20,000 bases of DNA from IMG/VR virus record IMGVR_UViG_3300030110_002660. One strand, written 5' to 3'. Under the pieces are notes generated by a model. That model was given only the letters and a program-made list of their open reading frames with translations. It made no database searches and was not told the DNA's origin. The position numbers were made by a program, and so were the translations under genes. This DNA comes from an uncultured virus (IMG/VR IMGVR_UViG_3300030110_002660) (Duplodnaviria > Heunggongvirae > Uroviricota > Caudoviricetes). Positions 7,296-14,506 of the stretch are shown here, in pieces (the stretch's first letter is position 1; each line of letters begins with the position of its first letter).

Positions 7296-9773
7296 TTGGA
7301 GAATATTTTGTTCAAATACGTTAAAACTATATTAAAGTATCTTTTCATAGTTTTTATAGCATCGTGTTCTTGGACTGGAATGACTCGAGCAAATGTTACA
7401 GTTACTTCAACATCAGTAGATGTCATTCAACAAAATACACCACAACAAGGTGATACCTCAACTGTCACAACTACTACCACAAACACCACAACCACAACAA
7501 CTGTACCGGGTTATAATCAAAATGTTGTTTCAGAACAAACAACAAAAACAGGAGATGTTTTAACGAACTCTACTTTTGGTACAGGGGGAACATATTCAGA
7601 TGATGGTTGGACGATGACTGGTTATGATTCCCATCATGGTGGAGAAGCAGCAAATTATGGTGGTGGTAATGCACCAGGCGGCTCTTGGGCTACTGGACTT
7701 GATTCTAAAGCAGAACAAAGTATATCTGTTAAAGATGATGGTGGATTAACTCAAGCAGAAATTAATAATGGATTTAAATCTGAATTATCAGCAGACATAT
7801 GGTATTGGCATAATTATGGAAGTAATACTACTACAATGACACAAACTATAACAGGTGCTAGTGGAAATGTAACGACACAAGAAAGAATAATATCTGGGAA
7901 AAATGCTAGTAATACTAATAATATTTTTGTTAATTATAGCGATACTTATATTAATACTGGAAATACAGAAACAGATTATACTATTAAAGTAACTATTTTT
8001 AATGCTGGTACAGGTTATCATGGTGGGCATTGGGGGCCAGATATTGATGATGTAGAATTGGATATAGAATACAATGAGATTACTACTCAATGGGTTGCCC
8101 CTGTTACAACATCAAATACAGTTATAACAGAATCAGTTAGCACAGCAGTTGTATTTTGCTGGGAAAAAACACCATCAACTTGTCCCGATGAAGGCATAAC
8201 TGATATTACTGATGATATATTTGACGACCTTGAAACAGTTGAAGATACAATTGAGGAAAGATTTGAAGAAGAAGATGCATACTTTGATACAGAAATAGAA
8301 TTTTTTGAAGAAGAAGTTTATGTAATTGAAGATGAAGCTTTTGAAGAAACATTTGAAACAAGTATAGTAGAAGAAGATATTGAAGATATGTTTGCTGGTG
8401 TTTTTGATGGAATGGAAATGGGTGATATCTTTGATTTTTTTGAAACAGATAATGATATGGGAAGTGTAGATGATTTGAATATAGAAGAAGAAACATTTAC
8501 TGAGATGGGATTTGAAGAACCACCAATGATGGAAGAATTTGAAGAAATGTCAACTGAACTATATGAAGAATTAGATATGCCAATGGACATGTTTGAAGCG
8601 TTACCACCACCACCAATGATGGAAACAGAAATGGATATGGAAATGGACATGTATGAAGAACTACCACCACCACCAACAATGATAGAAACAGAAGTGGATA
8701 TGGATATTGATGAAACACAAACGACAACATTTCAAGTTATCGGTGAGAAACCAGATATGGAAACAGGAATGGATATCGAAACAGAAATGGATATGGAGAT
8801 GGATGAACAACCATCTACTATGACATTTGAAAGTAGTGTTGGTGATGATGAAATGGATATGGACATGGACGAACAACCATCTACGATGACATTTGAAAGC
8901 AATGTTGCTTCTAATGAATCAGAAGAATTTGATAGCAATGAATCAGTTGAAACAGAAGATTTAGTTTCAGATGCATCAGAAGAAATGGGTGAAGAACCTA
9001 TGGTAGAAGAAAAACCTACTACACAAACATTTACAAGTATGACAAATGAAGAAGAAGTAGTTGAAGAAAAACCTACAACAACAGAAGATAATTTAATTGC
9101 AGAAGCAGATGAAGTAACTGAAGAAATGCCTACTGAAACTACAGAAGAATCAATTGAATCAGAACCAATTGCAAAATCAGATAGTGTTGAAGAAGAAGTA
9201 GATTCTCCAACTGAGGAAAAAGAAGAAAAGTCAACTCTTATATCTAAAAAAGAATCTAATGAAGAAGAAGATAAACCAAAAGATAAAAAATCTGATACTA
9301 CAACAAGTAAAGTAAAAGTAATAGATAAAACAAAAACAAAAACAACAATTTCAAATGCAGAAGAACAAAAACAACAAAAAGTTGAACTGAAATTAGATAT
9401 TGATAAACTTACTGAAAAGATTGAGGAAAAGGTTGCAGATGTAAATAAACAATTAGTCGCTGTAAGTTATATTGTATCAGAAGTGATGGTAAAGAATCAA
9501 CCAAACATAACTGAAGCGTATAAGAATAGGAATTCTCGTTTTTTTGATAATCGGCAATTATATAAAAATCAATCAAAAATATATGAGGATAATAATGTTA
9601 TGTTAGGTGAATATAATTATAGCATTTATGAAAAAGAAAATACTGTACTTGTAGCAATGAGTGGCGAAGATGGTATGTTGAAATATCAAACTAACCTAAA
9701 TAATGCTGTAAACAAAAGACAACAATTAGAACGAGAATTATATATTCTCAAAACAAAAAGTTTAAAGAGGTAA
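7296..9773 (+). CDS. Large acidic exported protein with putative carbohydrate-binding (FBA/galactose-binding-like) N-terminal domain
   Basis: Hydrophobic N-terminus, beta-rich domain (DVLTNSTF...GWT...AEQSISV...GYHGGHWGPDIDDVEL), very long D/E/M/P-rich linker, helical C-terminus. TTG start uncertain; domain call is by resemblance only. Confidence 0.7.
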   Translation: MENILFKYVKTILKYLFIVFIASCSWTGMTRANVTVTSTSVDVIQQNTPQQGDTSTVTTTTTNTTTTTTVPGYNQNVVSEQTTKTGDVLTNSTFGTGGTYSDDGWTMTGYDSHHGGEAANYGGGNAPGGSWATGLDSKAEQSISVKDDGGLTQAEINNGFKSELSADIWYWHNYGSNTTTMTQTITGASGNVTTQERIISGKNASNTNNIFVNYSDTYINTGNTETDYTIKVTIFNAGTGYHGGHWGPDIDDVELDIEYNEITTQWVAPVTTSNTVITESVSTAVVFCWEKTPSTCPDEGITDITDDIFDDLETVEDTIEERFEEEDAYFDTEIEFFEEEVYVIEDEAFEETFETSIVEEDIEDMFAGVFDGMEMGDIFDFFETDNDMGSVDDLNIEEETFTEMGFEEPPMMEEFEEMSTELYEELDMPMDMFEALPPPPMMETEMDMEMDMYEELPPPPTMIETEVDMDIDETQTTTFQVIGEKPDMETGMDIETEMDMEMDEQPSTMTFESSVGDDEMDMDMDEQPSTMTFESNVASNESEEFDSNESVETEDLVSDASEEMGEEPMVEEKPTTQTFTSMTNEEEVVEEKPTTTEDNLIAEADEVTEEMPTETTEESIESEPIAKSDSVEEEVDSPTEEKEEKSTLISKKESNEEEDKPKDKKSDTTTSKVKVIDKTKTKTTISNAEEQKQQKVELKLDIDKLTEKIEEKVADVNKQLVAVSYIVSEVMVKNQPNITEAYKNRNSRFFDNRQLYKNQSKIYEDNNVMLGEYNYSIYEKENTVLVAMSGEDGMLKYQTNLNNAVNKRQQLERELYILKTKSLKR
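8583..8704 (+). repeat. Imperfect in-frame tandem repeat, ~60-bp period (MDMxExLPPPP-MxETExDM)
   Basis: ATGGACATGT at 8583 and 8643, each followed by (CCA)4 and GAAACAGAA.TGGATATGGA. Confidence 0.8.
8784..8906 (+). repeat. Imperfect in-frame tandem repeat, 66-bp period (EMDMxMDEQPSTMTFESxV)
   Basis: GAAATGGATATGGA...GAACAACCATCTAC.ATGACATTTGAAAG..GTT at 8784 and 8850. Confidence 0.85.
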
Positions 9774-9784
9774 GGTAATTAAAA

Positions 9785-10057
9785 ATGGATATATCAAAAA
9801 TATCAGACAACTTTTCAAAGTATGCCGTAATACTTGGTGTAGTCATCACGCTCGGCGGTGGGTTTGTCGCCTGGGGCCAATTCAACGCAAGATTGGATGG
9901 CATAGAAAAAAGTCAAGGTAGCGATGCTGTAGAAAAACTTGAAGCAAGAGTTGCTGACTTAGAAACTAGCAATGAAGTTCTTCGAAAAACAATTGAAGTA
10001 GTAGATGCTAAAATGGCTGAGTTGAAATTAAAAGTTAGTAACCCATTAGGCAACTAA
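9785..10057 (+). CDS. Small membrane-anchored coiled-coil protein
   Basis: TM segment (AVILGVVITLGGGFVAWG), heptads, C-terminal NPLGN; AAGGT SD. Confidence 0.8.
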   Translation: MDISKISDNFSKYAVILGVVITLGGGFVAWGQFNARLDGIEKSQGSDAVEKLEARVADLETSNEVLRKTIEVVDAKMAELKLKVSNPLGN

Positions 10058-10091
10058 ATTATATAAAAGACCTTAAAATTTCCAATTTTAT

Positions 10092-10110
10092 ACCGATTTT
10101 GTCGGTTTTT
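10092..10110 (+). terminator. Possible intrinsic terminator
   Basis: ACCGAT-TTT-GTCGGT hairpin followed by a T run, after the three-gene module. Confidence 0.4.
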
Positions 10111-10112
10111 CC

Positions 10113-10159
10113 TATAAATATAAGTTACTATTGACATTTTTATGAGAAAATGTTATAAT
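10113..10159 (+). promoter_or_regulatory. Tandem late (TATAAATA 10113-10120) and sigma70 (TTGACA 10131, TATAAT 10154) promoters
   Basis: Both are exact consensus matches; 17-nt spacer and extended -10 TG. Confidence 0.8.
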
Positions 10160-10193
10160 TATAGTATGATTTCAATTAAAGGAGAGAATTACT

Positions 10194-10493
10194 ATGACAG
10201 CTATAGAAACAGATGAAAGGTCATTTGATACACTTTATCAAGATTTTGAAGAAATATTAGAAGATTATTGTAGTAGACAATCGCCAGAATTAGAATATGA
10301 TTGGGAAGGCGAAGAAGTAAAAATTTCCATTGATGAGTTAGATGATAAGGGAAAAGAGCACGCTGAAGAAATTGTGAAAAGTTTAGAAAATCTTCAGATT
10401 GCTGGCAGCAAACCTTATTTCTACGAAGAAGTAGATAAAGAAAATAAACACAATTTAAATTATAAAATAGGGGTGTTAAGATTGGATAGTTAA
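10194..10493 (+). CDS. Acidic hypothetical protein
   Basis: AAGGAG SD, downstream of a consensus promoter. Confidence 0.75.
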   Translation: MTAIETDERSFDTLYQDFEEILEDYCSRQSPELEYDWEGEEVKISIDELDDKGKEHAEEIVKSLENLQIAGSKPYFYEEVDKENKHNLNYKIGVLRLDS

Positions 10494-10523
10494 AATGATA
10501 CAAATAGAAAACAAAAAAAGAGA

Positions 10524-10970
10524 ATGAATCACCAAGAATTGGAGAGAAGTTTCATATCTCTTCGAAAGCGTTTTGTAGATATTAAAGTTTACATTAAGGA
10601 ACATTTCAATAAAGATGGATTATTAAGAGGATTATTACTAGAGTTTGAACGACCATATGAAGAGGGATTATTAGAAAATATAAAGCAATTAGAAAGATTG
10701 GATGAATTAGATATTCCTATTGATAGTGAAGAATTAAATATTGAAAAATCTTATCACAAACTTAGTGATAGTTTCCATAAATTAAACCCATATATCTATG
10801 AAACTTATCGAGATGATGTGAAATTAAGAGCATTTTTAACTCATATTTTGATGATACTTCAAGATTTAGGTGAACATTATTACCATAAAGCGATTAAAGA
10901 ACGAGATGATGATAAAACGGATAAAAAGGATAATCCCAAAAAACCCAATAAAGACAGGGTTTTACAGTAA
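10524..10970 (+). CDS. Hypothetical helical protein
   Basis: 148-aa ORF co-oriented with neighbours; no recognised motif. Confidence 0.7.
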   Translation: MNHQELERSFISLRKRFVDIKVYIKEHFNKDGLLRGLLLEFERPYEEGLLENIKQLERLDELDIPIDSEELNIEKSYHKLSDSFHKLNPYIYETYRDDVKLRAFLTHILMILQDLGEHYYHKAIKERDDDKTDKKDNPKKPNKDRVLQ

Positions 10971-10974
10971 AGAT

Positions 10975-11003
10975 TTGACAAATTGTTTATTCTATGTTAT
11001 AAT
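10975..11003 (+). promoter_or_regulatory. Sigma70 consensus promoter for bS21
   Basis: TTGACA-17 nt-TATAAT with extended TG. Confidence 0.85.
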
Positions 11004-11026
11004 ATTTGTATAATATGATAAGAAAA

Positions 11027-11266
11027 ATGCACACAAAAGAAGATTTAGATTCTTACACTATTGATGTAAGAAATGATAATGTAGAAGGAGCATTGCGACT
11101 TTTAAAGAAAAGAATACAAAAAGATGGTTTGATGTTTGAATTGAAAAAACGAGAACATTATGTGAAACCTAGTGAAAAACGCAGAATGAAAAAAGCCGCT
11201 GCGATTATACGACAAAAAAAGACACAAGCAAAAAAAGGTATGAGTAAAGGAAACTATAGAAAATGA
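11027..11266 (+). CDS. rpsU: Phage-encoded ribosomal protein bS21
   Basis: VRNDNVEGALRLLKKRIQKDGLMFELKKREHYVKPSEKRRMKKAAA is the bS21 signature. Start is ATG 11015 or 11027; the TTG at 11006 lies too close to the -10 box. Confidence 0.92.
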   Translation: MHTKEDLDSYTIDVRNDNVEGALRLLKKRIQKDGLMFELKKREHYVKPSEKRRMKKAAAIIRQKKTQAKKGMSKGNYRK

Positions 11267-11643
11267 CTGATGATAATGTGATACAAGGGCCGTGGAAAAC
11301 TCATGTTAAAGTTCCAGAAATGGAAGAAACTAGTCAGTTAAGATATAACTTAATGTTTGCTGAAGATATAACAAATTCGATTATAGCACAAACACTTCGT
11401 GTTCTTGATGAAAATAAAGTTTCAGATAGAGAAAAAGATGTTTTTATAAAAGATTTTGGTTTAGTAAATGAAACTTTAAAATCTTGTATACTTCGACATT
11501 TTGGTTTTTTTCATCCTATTCAAATTGTATCGGATATGGCAATGACATCAATTGTAAATGAACAAACGCAGAAGGTTTATTCTCAGTTTGATTTATCACA
11601 ATTGAATAATAAAGATTTTGACAAAATCTTGAAAGAGGAATAA
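11263..11643 (+). CDS. Hypothetical protein (MTDDNVIQGPWK...)
   Basis: ATGA overlap with the bS21 stop (translational coupling); AAGGA SD. Confidence 0.8.
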   Translation: MTDDNVIQGPWKTHVKVPEMEETSQLRYNLMFAEDITNSIIAQTLRVLDENKVSDREKDVFIKDFGLVNETLKSCILRHFGFFHPIQIVSDMAMTSIVNEQTQKVYSQFDLSQLNNKDFDKILKEE

Positions 11644-11645
11644 TT

Positions 11646-12494
11646 ATGGTATTAGTTGATATGAATCAAGTAACTTTATCTTCATTAATGATGCAGATAG
11701 GTCAGTCAAAAGATTTAGAAGTCAATCCAGATTTAGTTAGACATATGGTATTGAATTCTATTCGTACATATAGAATTAAATTTGTAGAAGATTATGGTGA
11801 ATTGGTTTTATGTTATGATAGTAAACACTATTGGAGAAAAGACGTTTTTCCACAATATAAATCCAATCGTAAGAAAATGAGAGAATCAAGTGATTTTGAT
11901 TGGAATACTATTTTCAATACACTTAATGTATTAAAAGAAGAACTTAGAGAAAATTTTCCATATAAAATGTTAGAAGTATATGGTGCAGAAGCAGATGATA
12001 TTATAGCAACTATTTGTGAATCACAAAAAGAAAAGATTATGATTGTTTCTGGTGATAAAGATTTTATCCAATTACAAAAATATAAAAATGTAAAACAATG
12101 GAATCCTGTTCAAAAGAAAATGTTGAATGGTAAAAATCCAGAATTATATTTAAAAGAACATATTATCAAAGGTGATAGAAGTGATGGAATACCAAATGTT
12201 CTTTCTGATGATAATTCTTTCGTAGATAAGATTAGACAAAAACCACTTACGAAAAAGAAAATACAATCATGGGTAGAACATGATTTTATGGATGTTGCCC
12301 CTAATGAACAAGCAAAAAGAAATTATCATAGAAATACTACATTAGTAGATTTATCTAAAATACCACAAGACCTTAAAGATAAGATTAAAGAAACTTATAA
12401 GACAACACCTATTTTGGGTGACAGAAAAAACCTTATAAATTACTTTATAAATAATAAGTTAAAAGAATTGACAAATAATTTAGGAGATTTTTAA
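11646..12494 (+). CDS. rnh: T4-like RNase H (5'-3' exonuclease, FEN family)
   Basis: LVDMNQ, YWRKDVFPQYKSNR, AEADDIIA, SGDKDFIQL, GDRSDGIPN. Confidence 0.93.
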   Translation: MVLVDMNQVTLSSLMMQIGQSKDLEVNPDLVRHMVLNSIRTYRIKFVEDYGELVLCYDSKHYWRKDVFPQYKSNRKKMRESSDFDWNTIFNTLNVLKEELRENFPYKMLEVYGAEADDIIATICESQKEKIMIVSGDKDFIQLQKYKNVKQWNPVQKKMLNGKNPELYLKEHIIKGDRSDGIPNVLSDDNSFVDKIRQKPLTKKKIQSWVEHDFMDVAPNEQAKRNYHRNTTLVDLSKIPQDLKDKIKETYKTTPILGDRKNLINYFINNKLKELTNNLGDF

Positions 12495-12496
12495 TT

Positions 12497-12964
12497 ATGG
12501 TTACAGAAACATATGTTCCACTTTTTCATGAAATTCTTGAAAGAGTACATAAAGCAAAAACTAAAGACGAAAAGATTGAGATTTTAAAAAAACACAATAG
12601 TGATGGTTTACGTTGGTTTTTAAGAGCTAATTTCGACCCAGATGTAGAATGGTTATTACCAGAGGGTAAAGTACCTTATACCCCGAATGATGCACCAGAT
12701 GGCACAGAACACACAAGATTACATAAAGAATATAGAACTCTCGATAATTTTATATCACTTCTTGGTGTTATTGCTAAACCAAATATTGTTCAATCACGTA
12801 GAGAATCACTTTTTATTCAATTGTTAGAAGGATTGAGTGCTGGTGAAGCAAACTTAGTTGTACAAGCAAAAGATAAAAAGTTGGGTAGAACTTATAAAGG
12901 ACTATCAATTCCAGTTTGCAAAGAAGCATTTAATTGGGATGACAATTTCATGTTAAAAGATTAG
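12497..12964 (+). CDS. Conserved hypothetical protein of T4-like phages
   Basis: AGGAG SD; WLLPEGKVPY...RRESLFIQLLEGL resembles the protein usually found after rnh in marine T4-like phages. Confidence 0.8.
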   Translation: MVTETYVPLFHEILERVHKAKTKDEKIEILKKHNSDGLRWFLRANFDPDVEWLLPEGKVPYTPNDAPDGTEHTRLHKEYRTLDNFISLLGVIAKPNIVQSRRESLFIQLLEGLSAGEANLVVQAKDKKLGRTYKGLSIPVCKEAFNWDDNFMLKD

Positions 12965-12971
12965 TAAAGAT

Positions 12972-13000
12972 TTGACAAATTGTTTATTATATGTTATAAT
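12972..13000 (+). promoter_or_regulatory. Sigma70 consensus promoter
   Basis: TTGACA-17 nt-TATAAT with extended TG; near-duplicate of the bS21 promoter. Confidence 0.85.
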
Positions 13001-13027
13001 TATTAGTATAATAAACGAAATATAACA

Positions 13028-13065
13028 ACTAGGGTAAAAATATAGCAACGGGTTTTTATCCTAGT
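13028..13065 (+). promoter_or_regulatory. 5'-leader hairpin (13-bp stem, 12-nt loop)
   Basis: ACTAGGGTAAAAA-TATAGCAACGGG-TTTTTATCCTAGT, with one G-U pair. Confidence 0.6.
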
Positions 13066-13102
13066 ATAAAATAACAAATTTGAGTTGCAAGGTGATTATA
13101 TC

Positions 13103-13348
13103 ATGGCAAGACAAACTATGACAAGAACTGCAAAGTTCTTAAATGCGCTTCTTAGAGGCGAATCTATTTCTTGGACAACTGTTCAGAAAAGATATGGTTT
13201 CAAGTCCCCAAGAACTGTCGTTGACGGTTTTAGAAGACGAGGATATTGTGTGTATGCAAACAAAGCTGCAGATGGTACTTCATATAGAATTGGCACACCA
13301 AGTCAATCTATCATTAAAGCGGGATTAGAAGCAGTTTATGGGTTATAA
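13103..13348 (+). CDS. Small basic protein, possible winged-HTH nucleic-acid binder
   Basis: AAGGTGA SD before ATG 13103; helix-helix-helix then beta-hairpin pattern (FLNALLRGESISWTTVQKRYGFKSPRTVVDGFRRRGYCVY...SYRIG). Confidence 0.7.
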   Translation: MARQTMTRTAKFLNALLRGESISWTTVQKRYGFKSPRTVVDGFRRRGYCVYANKAADGTSYRIGTPSQSIIKAGLEAVYGL

Positions 13349-13366
13349 TACCCACTAATCGGTTAG

Positions 13367-13396
13367 TGGAGCTTTGTACCCACAGAGCTCCATTTT
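13367..13396 (+). terminator. Intrinsic terminator
   Basis: TGGAGCTTTGT-ACCC-ACAGAGCTCCA followed by TTTT. Confidence 0.7.
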
Positions 13397-13418
13397 CAAT
13401 TTCATGAAAAATTTACCA

Positions 13419-13426
13419 TATAAATA
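13419..13426 (+). promoter_or_regulatory. T4-type late promoter (TATAAATA)
   Basis: Exact consensus 8 nt before the ATG at 13435. Confidence 0.55.
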
Positions 13427-13434
13427 AATTCATC

Positions 13435-14001
13435 ATGAGGTTAACTATAAGAGGTTGTGATACCGAAACCAAAACCAAAACTAAACAAGCTACAAGATGG
13501 TATCTTGACCATCTTCTTTCCAAAAGACTTCAATCTAACCTTTCAATTTCCATTCTTTATAGCGATACTCTTTTTAAAGATTACAAAATAGAAGGAGAAT
13601 GTGAATGGAATGATGAATTTGAAACTCGTAGACCAAAAAAATTTACTATTAATATAGACAATCAAGTAAGACTTAGAAGCAAACTCATAACATTAGCACA
13701 TGAACTAGTACATCTTAAACAATGGATGAAAGGTGAGATGTATGAATATGTAAGAGATGCAAATAGATATAAATGGAAAGATACTGTAATAGATACTAAA
13801 GGAGTAGATTATTATGATTTGCCGTGGGAAGTAGAAGCACATGGTAGAGAAATTGGAATGTTTATACGTATGTGTGAATCATTAAAATGGGCAAAAGAAG
13901 ATTGGACAAAAGAATATGTGCCTATGTATGGTGATAGAAAATGTGGATTAACTGAGATGCTTCAAAAGCATGAAAAAAATTTGACAAACTTAATTAAATA
14001 A
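13435..14001 (+). CDS. Putative zincin-type metallopeptidase
   Basis: TLAHELVHLKQ (HExxH) plus downstream PWEVEAH third-ligand motif. Confidence 0.8.
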   Translation: MRLTIRGCDTETKTKTKQATRWYLDHLLSKRLQSNLSISILYSDTLFKDYKIEGECEWNDEFETRRPKKFTINIDNQVRLRSKLITLAHELVHLKQWMKGEMYEYVRDANRYKWKDTVIDTKGVDYYDLPWEVEAHGREIGMFIRMCESLKWAKEDWTKEYVPMYGDRKCGLTEMLQKHEKNLTNLIK

Positions 14002-14009
14002 AGTATAAT
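13981..14009 (+). promoter_or_regulatory. Sigma70 consensus promoter
   Basis: TTGACA-17 nt-TATAAT. Confidence 0.8.
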
Positions 14010-14034
14010 ATATTAAAAATGTGGAGATATAATT

Positions 14035-14349
14035 TTGCCTACTTATGATTTTTTAAATACAAATACAAATAAAACGGAAGAACTTTTTATGTCTATTTCA
14101 GAAATGGAAGAATATATAAAAGAAAATCCACATATTCAAATAGCACCTGCGGCTCCAGCAATTGTATCTGGTGTAAACACAGAACAAAAAATGGATACGG
14201 GATGGAAAGAAACATTACAAAAGATATCAGAAGCACACCCGAATAGTGCTCTTGCAGATAGATATGGAAATAACAAGACAATTAAACAAAAACAAGGTGA
14301 AAGAGTGTATAAAGAACACGCAATTAAACAAGCGAAAGAAAAGAAATAA
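14035..14349 (+). CDS. FmdB-like small protein lacking the Zn-ribbon cysteines
   Basis: TTG start with GGAG SD; MPTYDF N-terminus, PAIVSG and GWKETLQKISEAHP. Confidence 0.7.
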   Translation: MPTYDFLNTNTNKTEELFMSISEMEEYIKENPHIQIAPAAPAIVSGVNTEQKMDTGWKETLQKISEAHPNSALADRYGNNKTIKQKQGERVYKEHAIKQAKEKK

Positions 14350-14357
14350 TATAAATA
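14350..14357 (+). promoter_or_regulatory. T4-type late promoter (TATAAATA)
   Basis: Exact consensus 6 nt before a predicted structured RNA. Confidence 0.65.
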
Positions 14358-14363
14358 TGATAA

Positions 14364-14456
14364 TGATACGAGCTAGAAATTTCAGCACAACCTTAGATAT
14401 TAAAGTATCATCAAAAGGGGTTTGTAAGCTTTTGAAATCCCTCGGCTCATGCATCA
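14364..14456 (+). ncRNA. Candidate rod-shaped small RNA of unknown family
   Basis: Nested pairings TGAT/ATCA, GAGCT/GGCTC, ATTTCA/TGAAAT, ACAA/TTGT, CCTT/AAGG, GATAT/GTATC; flanked by a late promoter and a terminator. Confidence 0.55.
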
Positions 14457-14460
14457 ATGG

Positions 14461-14489
14461 GGGGTTGTTACATGACAATCCCTTTTTTT
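14461..14489 (+). terminator. Intrinsic terminator
   Basis: GGGGTTGTT-ACAT-GACAATCCC followed by T7. Confidence 0.75.
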
Positions 14490-14506
14490 ATAGAGGTTAT
14501 TAAATA

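Noticed and set aside
7788..8938. Several - strand ORFs (also 943..1221, 1621..1815, 2550..2762, 4158..4595, 10201..10503, 14093..14281, 17290..17508) and + strand 13143..13328, 17487..17687, 19324..19539, 19615..19956
   Set aside because: Shadow frames of well-supported genes, arising from codon bias or low complexity.
8500..9100. CRISPR-like array
   Set aside because: Repeats are in-frame, degenerate at codon third positions and lack unique spacers; they are protein repeats.
11618..12496. TTGACA hexamers at 11618 and 12468 as promoters
   Set aside because: No convincing -10 box at 17-nt spacing, and the downstream genes are tightly coupled to their upstream neighbours.
14364..14456. SRP (4.5S) RNA identity for the rod RNA
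   Set aside because: Similar size, but it lacks the GNRA apical tetraloop and the conserved CAGG/AGCA internal loop.
14246..14503. 85-aa + strand ORF and 83-aa - strand ORF (14227..14478)
   Set aside because: They overlap a better-supported gene, a promoter, a structured RNA and a terminator, with no recognisable protein features.
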